Source of the DNA: Mizuhopecten yessoensis | Taxonomy: Eukaryota | Direction of reading: 5' to 3' | Assembly: GCF_002113885.1 (NCBI RefSeq) | Contig: NW_018408896.1 | Location: 186,001 to 250,000, forward strand | DNA length: 64,000 bases | Position numbers and translations under genes: made by a program | Notes under the pieces: generated by a model | Seen by the model: the letters and a program-made list of their open reading frames with translations, nothing else | Databases searched by the model: none | What the model was told of the DNA's origin: nothing | Part shown: positions 40,885 to 51,800 of the stretch, in pieces | Position numbering within the stretch: the stretch's first letter is position 1 | How the letters are laid out: every line of letters begins with the position of its first letter

Positions 40885-42239
40885 CTATCATTACTTTAGG
40901 TCTTTTGGTTTTAACTTCTTCAAATGAAATTGTTCAAATGCATTAACAAATTCGACTCTTACAACCTTGATTACATATCAAGGAGTTTTATTTTCCCAAC
41001 TTGGTAGTACATGTACTCGATGTCAATAAGCGATGGATATACATGTACTAGCGATGTGTATCATGGCTATATAGGCTTCTTGGAGTCTCAAAAAAAGCTT
41101 TTTGATTACTTAAAATAAAGCCACAGTATTTTCTTGTTTGAAACTTTGTAGTACTTCATGCCACCATGCTAGCTTCTAGTTCTTCAGGAAAAGCTATCCG
41201 AGTGTTTAAGGGATTTTTTTAATTCTATAAACCTCATTGCTAGTAATTCTAGGCCTCTTGGTGTTTTAGAAGGTTCAGTTTGAGTGTTGACATCTTTGAC
41301 CCTGTGACATTAAATAATGGTCAAGGCCGTTTATTTTCTCAAAATCTGTGGTACTTCATGCCTGCAGCAAGCTATCAGCCTTATACATGTATACCATAAC
41401 TCTAGGTCCCTTGGTGTTTCAGATAAAGCTGTGAGCCAAGGTCACAGTCACATTTTCCCACAAAATTTGTAGCATATATGCTAGAAAATTAGTCAAACAT
41501 CATGGCGCTAAGCCTTTTGGTCCTTCAGAAGAAGGCAATCAAGTTGCATTGCAAAGCAGCGTAGGTGAAGACCTCTCTATAGACATATTTTGTTTTGCTT
41601 CACAGAAATTGCAGTTTGTTTTCTGGTTGCAATGGCTTGGCTTTACCGTTTGGGTCAGTGAGCTACAAATCTATCAGTCTATGGAATAAACATCATTTAT
41701 ACCACACTCAGCTAACACAAAGGTGAACATTGGATATATCCTTAAAAAACATAAATAATAGAAATAAGCACATTTTGGGCTGCCTTCAGATGTATAAACA
41801 AAGTTCGGTCAGAAGATAGTGGTCTTCGTTCTCACTGGTCATTCAAGTACATGTACTTATGTAGGGGATTCAAAAGAACAATTATGAGTCTAGTCAAAAT
41901 GGCGGATCATTCAAAACGTCAATATCTGATAGCATACTGTGCAGGTATTTGTCAAGAAAATATGCCTTAAGCAGGCCAAAAGATTATACTCCAATCAAAT
42001 GAAAAATAGCAATACATTGTAATATAAGCATCAGTTCAGTCAAAAAATGGAAAACAGATGATGAACTGTGCACCATGGCATAATCACTATTAGCCCTTAA
42101 GGCAAGGTATCGGGTAAATGTTAGATGACTAATATCCATATTTCACCATGATGATACTCTTGCACCACTCATTAAATATGAAATCATTAATTAGCATCAT
42201 TTGCATTGAGCTGGAAATCCACAGACCTTTTCTAATCCC

Positions 42240-42656
42240 GGAACTGGATATGACCAAAATTTCATAATATTACAGGTAATTGGTTTCGGAACACGATATG
42301 ACCAAAATTTCAAAATATTACAGGTAATTGGTTCGAAACCAGATATGACCAAAATTTCAAAATATTACAGGTAATTGGTTCGGAACCAGATATGACCAAA
42401 ATTTCAAAATATTACAGGTCATTGGTTCGGAACCAGATATGACCAAAATTTCAAAATATTACAGGTTATTGGTTCGGAACAAGATATGACCAAAATTTCA
42501 AAATATTACAGGTAATTGGTTCAGAACCAGATATGACCAAAATTTCAAAATATTACAGGTCATTGGTTCGGAACCAGATATGACCAAAATTTCAAAATAT
42601 TACAGGTCATTGGTTCGGAACCAGATATGACCAAAATTTCAAAATATTACAGGTAA
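42240..42656. repeat. 47-bp minisatellite, ~9 copies, just 3' of the LHPP stop
   Basis: Unit GGAACCAGATATGACCAAAATTTCAAAATATTACAGGTMATTGGTTC. Confidence 0.93.
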
Positions 42657-42832
42657 CTAGCTAAGATTTCTATTTGTCATTACCAGGTAGATCATTCTCC
42701 AGAAGGAGTTGGGCTACAAATCAGTCATATGGCATCATTAGAGACAGATTGAACAACTCAAGTCCTTGATGTGATATGGTAACAACACCAGCAGGGAACA
42801 TGGTTAAGAATCAGGTTAAAAAACAACAGGGG

Positions 42833-45800
42833 TTAGGCAAGTTCTGCAAGGCCATCCCAGGGTTTTCTTGATTTAATCAAAATATCTACTGCCTCTGCCA
42901 GATTCTTCACAATAGCTGATGGTTTGACTGTGGGATGATTCTCATCTTTGGATCTGAAAAAATATATTAAAAAAAAAAAAACAACATTTTTGATAGAAAT
43001 TGCTCAGGGTAGTGACTATTTTTTTTAGTATCAGTGGTTTAAAGTAGACCTTTTGTTGTAACACATAACTTACAATCAACCTTAAAACCCTCTCAGCACT
43101 ATAGTCACCACATAAACATGATTTAGTAAAAACATGTCAGATATAGCTTATAAATTTTGCATAAATGTCAATCAAACTTTTCTATTTTTCTATACGAGAA
43201 AGGATCTGCGATGTTTTATTCCTAACTTTTACACATATTTAATTTAAACACTTTACATCCCCACAACTTCACTATGAATGGCATCACTAACAAAGCCTAT
43301 ACAGCATTGTATTGTCTGTGTGTACCTGCACTCCTCTCATTAAAAACAGAGTCCCTCGCCCCTACTACAAGAATATCACTCAAAAAGTCTCTCTAACCTA
43401 CCTGTATTCGTTTGTGCGGATCAGCACCCTCTCATCCTAGATTCCAGTGCCCCTTTTACATCACTCACAATGTCTCCCTTCCCTGCCTGTATTTACCTGT
43501 GTGGACCAGCACCCCTCTCATCCCAGATACCAATGCCCCCACATCACTCACAATATCTCCCTTACCTACCTGTATTTACCTGTGCGGACCAGCACCCCTC
43601 TCATCCTAGATTCCAGTGCCCCTTTTACATCACTCACAATGTCTCCCTTACCTGCCTGTATCTACCTGTGTGGACCAGCACCCCTCTCATAGCAGATTCC
43701 AGTACCCCTCCTACATCGCTCACAATGTCTCTCTTACATATGTACCTACCTGTATTTACCTGTGTGGACCAGCACCCCTCTCATACCAGATACCATGCCC
43801 CTTTTACATCACTCACAATGTCTCCCTTACCTACCTGTATTTACCTGTGTGGACCAGCACCCCTCTCATAGCAGATTCCAGTACCCCTCCTACATCGCTC
43901 ACAATGTCTCTCTTACATATGTACCTACCTGTATTTACCTGTGTTGACCAGCATCCCTCTCATACCAGATACCATGCCCCTTTTACATCACTCACAATGT
44001 CTCCCTTACCTACCTGTATTTACCTGTGTGGACCAGCACCCCTCTCATACCAGATACCATGCCCCTTTTACATCACTCACAATATCTCCCTTACCTACCT
44101 GTATTTACCTGTGCGGACCAGCACCCCTCTCATCCCAGATACCAGTGCCCCCACATCACCCACAATGTCTCCCTTACCTATCTGTATTTACCTGTGTGGA
44201 CCAGCACCCCTCTCATCCTAGATACCAGTGCCCCCACATCACTCACAATGTCTCCCTTACCTACCTGTATTTACCTGTGTGGACCAGCACCCTTCTCATC
44301 CCAGATACCAGTGACCCTTAATCACTCACAATGTCTCCCTTACATACCTGTATTTACCTGTGTGGACCAGCACCCTTCTCATCCCAGATACCAGTGACCC
44401 TTAATCACTCACAATGTCTCCCTTACCTGCCTGTATTTACCTGTGCGGACCAGCACCCCTCTCATCCCAGATACCAGTGACCCTTAATCACTCACAATGT
44501 CTCCCTTACCTACCTGTATTTACCTGTGTGGACCAGCACCCCTCTCATCCCAGATACCAGTGCCCCTCCCACATCACCCACAATGTCTCCCTTACCTGCC
44601 TGTATTTGCCTGTGCGGACCAGCACCCCTCTCATTCCAGATACCAGTGCCCCCACCATCACTCACAATGTCTCCCTTACCTACCTGTATTTACCTGTGTG
44701 GACCAGCACCCCTCTCATCCCAGATACCAGTGCCCCTCCTACATCACCCACAATGTCTCCCTTACCTACCTGCATTTACCTGTGTGGTACAGTACCCCTC
44801 TCATCCCAGATACCAGTGCCCCCACATCACTCACAATGTCTCCCTTATATTACCTTCCTGTATCTACCTGTGTGGACCAGCACCCCTCTCATCCCAGATA
44901 CCAGTGCCCCCACATCACTCACAATGTCTCCCTTACCTACCTGTATTTACCTGTGTGGTACAGCACCTCTCTCATCCCAGATTCCAGGCCCCTACTACAT
45001 CACTCCCAATGTCTCCCTTACCTACCTGTATTTGCCTGTACGGACCAGCACCCCTCTCATCCCAGATTCCAGGCCCCTCCTACATCACTCACAATGTCCC
45101 CTTACCTACCTGTATTTGCCTGTGTTTACCAGCACCCCTCTCATCCCAGATTCCAGTACCCCTCCTACATCACTCACAATGTCTCCCTTACCTACCTGTA
45201 TTTACCTGTGCGGACCAGCACCCCTCTCATCCCAGATACCAGTACCCCTCCTACATCACTCACAATGTCTCCCTTATATTACCTACCTGTATTTGCCTGT
45301 GCGGACCAGCACCCCTCTCATCCCAGATTCCAGTGCTCCTCCTACGTCGCTCACGATGTCATCTCCTACCATGACGACCTGTAAAGGAACGGGAGCATTT
45401 ATTACCCTCTACTGAAGTGTAGGGCGTACATCCACACCACATGGGAATGTAACATGGATCTAAGCTTGCATCTCCTGTAGTACACAGACTTAAGCTTGGC
45501 ATATACTATAGGGGATGCAAGAAGCATGCTACTCTTCCATGTGGTACATGGCATTATTTAACCTTGAAGATTAAAATTAAGATCTATTGCTTGTCTTGAT
45601 TTATAAAACTGTTACTGAGTTAAAGACAGTCAATTTTATGAAATGCAATAAAGTGAAACTTGTATTATCTGACACTTTGTAAGACACAATATATATCAGT
45701 TAGATTAACCTGTCTAATCTGACACCCTTAGAGACACTATATATATGGGTCAGATTTACCTGTCCACTCTTAAAAATTGTGGTACACAATTCCGTATAAT

Positions 45801-48800
45801 GGTAAAAGTAGACAGGAAGTTTGAACATTTTAGTCTTAATTGCAAGTTTTATTACAAATGAAATTAAAGCATTATGTTATAAAGAACAGGATGTTGGAAT
45901 ATTCAGGATTAACTGCTTATGGCAGTTTCATTGTAAATCTATTTACCACTAAGGGTTTTCATGAGTTCAAGCCTGCCACACATTGCCCACAGTTTAAAGT
46001 TACATGCATAGCCTGACACAAACAGTACCATGAAACATGTATACATGTTATTTTCAATAGTTAAAAACAAAAATCTATTCATTTAATTTCTTGCCATTTT
46101 GATCTCACCTTGTCAGCACTGAGGCCCATGTTCTTCACAGCAGTGTTGAAAAAGATAGCAGATGGTTTTCCTACAATTTCAGCTTCAACATCACAGGCAT
46201 ACTGTAATGTAAACAATTACAAAGTTACCTCCCCTTTGTGTAACCTTTTAGAATATGATAAACAAAAGCAAATTTACTAAACATGTACGTACCTAGTACA
46301 TTTCCTTATATTGTATTTGATATTACCTCAAAATACAACTTGAATTTGTAATGGGGCTCATATAAGTTATCCACAAACATTGTGTCTAGTGCTTGTGATA
46401 TATACACAGTAAACATTTTAATCAAAATATCTTCAAATAGGTAACAAGTGAACAAGGGTTCCAAATGCCCTGTATCCCTCACATGTTTTTCAAAACACAC
46501 ACATCAGACATACTCGGTGAGTGACTTTCACAGTGGCACAAGATTAGATTTACAGCAAGCCACAGGCCAAATGTAACTCCTTTAGGACTTTTAGACAATA
46601 GGCCCAGAGGGCCTGTATCGCTCACCTGAATATTATACTGTACTACAAATATTTCACTCGCAAACTTTGTCCGCTTCATCTGTTAAAATATTATTATAAG
46701 ATTCTATGCTTTTTGGTTCTTGTTTGACATATTTTCCCCCCTGTTACCTTGAAAGTAGGTCAAGGTCATTTTAATTTTCAAACTTTGTCAGGCTCTATCC
46801 CAGGAGGCCACCAGCCAAATATGAAGATTCTATACCTTTTGGTTCTTCAGAAGAAGTCGTTTGAAGAGTTTGACATATTTGACCGCTGTGATCTTGAAAG
46901 TAGGTCACTACGACAGGGTAGATACCGATGGAGGCACGACAACGTCTTGCGGGTCCTAGCGGATATCCTTGAAGTGGAGAGAAGGAAGAAAAGAACTGGT
47001 GTAAGAACAAACCAGGCTGGTATCAAGTTTGTGAAACCAGGGGAGAAAGCCACAGTGAAGCCTCGAAGCACCTCATCCATCTTTGAACGGGCGTCAACAT
47101 GGGAGATGAAGGTTGACCTTGACAGGAAGCTTGTGTTTCCAGGAATAGTGGAAACAACACTGAGGCCTGACATGGTAATCTGGACAGAGCAATCCAGACA
47201 CCTCATCGCCATAGAGCTCACCGTACCATGGGAGGAAGGCTGCGAGGAAGCTCACGAGAGGAAGAAAGCCAAGTATGATGAGCTGATGGAAAAGTGCAGG
47301 AGCAGAGGATGGACAGTATGGCTCTTTCCAGTGGAGGTTGGCTGTAGAGGTTTCCCCGCACAGTCAGTGTGGAGGACACTACGGTCAATAGGACTCACTG
47401 GGAGGGCAAGAGCTACCGCCATCAGACGATTGGGAGAAGCTGCAGAGAGAGCATCGTGCTGGCTATGGCACAAACGAGATGAGCCGATGTGGAAGCCGAC
47501 ATAGACGAGTAGTGGTTTGGCCACCACTACTGACCCACCAGCCGGAGGATGTAGTGATTAAGGGTCGAAACATCTGAAGAGGGCTGGCCATCACCTGATG
47601 ACGTCAAATGAGGCTTCGCGACTAGAATGACAGCAGTGACGGACTACAAGTCAAGGATGTCACAAGATGCAGAATCACCATCATCTGTAAGCAATCATCA
47701 TTTTTCTGAGAAATCAGTGACTTCCAGGAAAGGCTGGATGGAAACTGGGGAAGACCAGTGACGCTGGAGAGACAGATGACATCCAGAAACAGACTGGAGC
47801 AGGGTACTTTGTGTCAGCAACTCGAAGTATAGCTCCCGCAAGGGGGCACCTATATCAAGCTACAGAACAAAGAAAAGAGCAACACCCCCAGAGCCTCCCG
47901 AGAGGGGGGGAGGATGAGAGGCTCACTCGGACAGATCAAACGGAAACGACCAGGACACGGACAAACACAACGATGATCCAAACAACGTTAAGTGGAGAGC
48001 CAGTCGAAGCACGATGCCATTGTGGAAAGATATGCAAGAACAGCAGAGGGCTGAAAATCCATCAGGCAAGGACCAAATGTGGCCATAGGGAGATACTAAC
48101 GCAGCGCACAGATATCAGCAATGAATCTGGTGAGACGCAGGAGGAACTCAGTCAGGAGTCAAACCATAGTACAGAGAGCCTCCAAGCTTCGGTGTCGCCA
48201 GATGGCAGCATTGGTAACTTGAATGAAGCGAGCGCCCATGGTGTTCAAGCAGTGAGGGACAGGAGATTAGACAAAGTGCAGTGGCCCAAGACAAATGACG
48301 AGGCAGCTTGGCGAAATCTTGATCAGGACCTGGAGGCTATTTTGGAGACCACTCTACAGGGGAATGTGGAGAGGAAAGTAGAAGCACTGACGTCAATTGT
48401 GTACAGTGTATGCAAAGAGCGATTCGGAGTGGAAACATCCAGAACACAACCCAGAGCAAAGACAACAAAGGAGAACAGGAGGGAACGTAAGATCAAACAA
48501 CTACGAAAGGAGCTGAGGGAATTAGGAAAGAGGTTTAAAACAGCACCAGAGAGTGAAAAAGTTGGGATACAGCAGATAAGAGACGACCTTAGGGAGACAC
48601 TTCGCCGCCTAAGGAATGCAGAAAGACTAAGGAAGGGAAGGAAGGAGAGAGCGAAGAGAAGAGCAGATTTTGTTAAAGATCCATTCCAGTTCTCAAAAAC
48701 TTTGCTAGGAGCAGAGAGATCAGGCCATCTGGAAAGCTCGAAGGAGGAAGTGGAAGCTCATCTCAAAGGTGTCCATTCAGACAACAGGAGAGCAGAACCT

Positions 48801-51800
48801 TTAGGATATTGTCCAAGAATCTTAGAGGTAGAGGCCCCAAGTGCACCATTGGATACCAAACTTCCTACCTGGAAAGAGATTCAAGATGTGGTGAAAAAGG
48901 CAAGATCAGGATCAGCCCCAGGACCAAGTGGGATAACGTACAGGGTTTACAAGAAATGTCCAAGACTGCTAAGAAGACTGTGGCAGCTAATCTGTAAAGT
49001 ATGGAAGAAAGGGACCATACCGGCGTGCTGGAAGAAAGCAGAGGGAATCTTTGCTCCTAAAGAGAAAGACTCCAAGACAGTTGAACAATTTAGGACCATA
49101 TCGCTGCTGAGTGTCGAAGGAAAGATCTTCTTCTCGATACTTGCCAAGCGCATGACAGCCTACATGGTGGAAAACAGTTACGTCGACACCTCAAGTCAGA
49201 AGGGAGGAATCCCTGGGTTTTCAGGATGCGTAGAACATACAAGCGTCATCAGCCAACTGATCAGAGAAGCCAAGCAGAAAAAAGGTAACCTGACAGTGGT
49301 ATGGTTAGATCTTGCAAACGCCTATGGATCTGTACCACACAAACTGATTGAGGCAGCCCTGGACCATTATCATATTCCGGAGCACATCCGGAAAATGATA
49401 ATGAGCTACTTCGGAGGGATACAGTTGCGGTTTACAGTTGGGGAAAGCACTACAGCGTGGCAAGACCTGGAAAAGGGAATAGTTACAGGATGTACCATTT
49501 CACCTATACTCTTCATCATGGGAATGAATATCATCATCAAGGCAGCAGAGAGAGAAACCAGAGGACCTAGAATGGAGTCTGGCATCTACCAACCAGCCAA
49601 TAGAGGCTTCATGGATGACCTAACGATCACTACCACCACACATGTACAGGCCAGATGGGTCTTGTCCGCGCTGGAGGAGGTAGTTACATGGGCACGGATG
49701 CAGTTCAAACCTCGGAAATCACGTTGCATGATTATGAGGAATGGCAGACTCAGCCGACAGTTTGTACTGAAGGTCCAAGAGGAGGAGATACCTTCAATCA
49801 TTGGCAGCCCCATAAAGTGCCTAGGGAAATGGTTTGACGACACACTCAGTGACAGCCAGAACCACAAGAACACCCAAAGCCAAGTGCGCCAGTGGATGAA
49901 GAAGATCCACAAGTCGGGACTTCCTGGAAAGTACAAAGCATGGATATACCAGCATGGCATGCTACCAAGGCTCACATGGCTGCTGCTACTGTATGAAATA
50001 CCAACCTCAACAGTAGAAGGGTTAGAGAAGATGGTGAATGGGTACCTGCGGAAGTGGCTTGGGGTCCCACCAAGTTTCACATCAGTTGGGCTGTACAGTT
50101 GTTCGGCAGAACTACAACTACCATTCAAATCGGTCGTTGAAGAGTTCAAGGTAGCAAAATGCAGGCTGGTGATGACTCTGAGGGACTCCAAAGACGTGAA
50201 AATCAGCGAGGCAGGGATACAGACAAGAACAGGGAGAAAGTGGTCAGCAAGCACTGCAGTTGGTGAAGCAGAGAGTATGCTCGAGTTGAAGGATATCATC
50301 GGGAATACCTGCGTCGGAAGACAAGGAGTTGGCTTCTCTCATTTCCAGCAGTGGGAGAAAGCAAATACCCAAGAAAGACGGCAAATGGTGCAGAAAGAAA
50401 TCAGAAGGATTGAGGAGGAAAGGAGGAGAGGGAAATCTGTAGAACTCAGCAAACAGGGTGCGTGGACCAGATGGAATCTCCCAGAGAGGAAGATGACGTG
50501 GGCTGAAATATGGAGAATGGAGCCCTTCCGGATATCATTTCTGCTACGATCCGTGTATGACACGCTACCATCTCCTGTTAACCTGCATCAGTGGGGATTG
50601 ACGGAGGATCCTTGCTGCAAGCTATGCGGAGGAAGAGGAACAATGGCTCATATCTTGTCTGGTTGCAAAGAAGCACTACGACAGGGTAGATACCGATGGA
50701 GGCACGACAACGTCTTGCGGGTCCTAGCGGATATCCTTGAAGTGGAGAGAAGGAAGAAAAGAACTGGTGTAAGAACAAACCAGGCTGGTATCAAGTTTGT
50801 GAAACCAGGGGAGAAAGCCACAGTGAAGCCTCGAAGCACCTCATCCATCTTTGAACGGGCGTCAACATGGGAGATGAAGGTTGACCTTGACAGGAAGCTT
50901 GTGTTTCCAGGAATAGTGGAAACAACACTGAGGCCTGACATGGTAATCTGGACAGAGCAATCCAGACACCTCATCGCCATAGAGCTCACCGTACCATGGG
51001 AGGAAGGCTGCGAGGAAGCTCACGAGAGGAAGAAAGCCAAGTATGATGAGCTGATGGAAAAGTGCAGGAGCAGAGGATGGACAGTATGGCTCTTTCCAGT
51101 GGAGGTTGGCTGTAGAGGTTTCCCCGCACAGTCAGTGTGGAGGACACTACGGTCAATAGGACTCACTGGGAGGGCAAGAGCTACCGCCATCAGACGATTG
51201 GGAGAAGCTGCAGAGAGAGCATCGTGCTGGCTATGGCACAAACGAGATGAGCCGATGTGGAAGCCGACATAGACGAGTAGTGGTTTGGCCACCACTACTG
51301 ACCCACCAGCCGGAGGATGTAGTGATTAAGGGTCGAAACATCTGAAGAGGGCTGGCCATCACCTGATGACGTCAAATGAGGCTTCGCGAATAGAATGACA
51401 GCAGTGACGGACTACAAGTCAAGGATGTCACAAGATGCAGAATCACCATCATCTGTAAGCAATCATCAAGGTCATTTTAATTTCAAAACTTTGTCTGGCT
51501 CTATCCTAGGAAGCTACCAGCCAAATATGAAGTTTCTTTAGATTTTAGTTCTTCAGAAGAAGTGTTGACCCCTGTGACCTTGAAACTAGGTCAAGGTCAT
51601 TTTTGTTCTCAAACTTTGTCGGGCTCCTACCAACGAAGCTTTCTGCCAAATATTATGACTTTAGGCTTGTCTCAACTTCAGTTCTTCTTCAGAAGTTGTT
51701 TAAAGGAAAAGTTGACGGACGACGGACACCGCACCATGACATAAGCCCACTTGCATTTCGGGCAGGTGAGCTAAAAATGCAAACAGGTTTTCAAGTATTT

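Larger units (their letters stand above)
47701..51468 (+). mobile_element. Full-length HERO-clade (R2/NeSL group, RLE-type) non-LTR retrotransposon in LHPP intron 4, antisense to host
   Basis: Single intact ORF, short UTRs, 3' end ...AATCATCA without polyA; higher GC than the flanks. Confidence 0.9.
46595..51777 (+). mobile_element. pearl/CvA-type (HINE-like) element split by the HERO insertion; further decayed units to ~52430
   Basis: 5' ACAATAGGCCCAGAGGGCCTGTATCGCTCACCTG, repeats containing CTTGAAAGTAGGTCAAGGTCA, a GACGGACGACGGAC microsatellite and 3' CAGGTGAGCTAAAAA (inverse of GCTCACCTG). Confidence 0.75.

Noticed and set aside
43412-45415. Pro/His/Cys-rich plus-strand ORFs
   Set aside because: Antisense translations of the exon-6-derived array.
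46749-47504. 251-aa ORF as a stand-alone endonuclease gene
   Set aside because: Chance in-frame fusion of host repeat (TTG start) to the truncated retrotransposon copy.
47574-47580. CUGAAGA as the hammerhead core strand
   Set aside because: No matching GAAA/UH register for it; it fits better as the end of stem III plus the kink-turn bulge.
46906-51468. Terminal direct repeats read as LTRs
   Set aside because: No TG...CA, PBS, integrase or TSD; the protein is a non-LTR RT-RLE and the repeat includes coding sequence.
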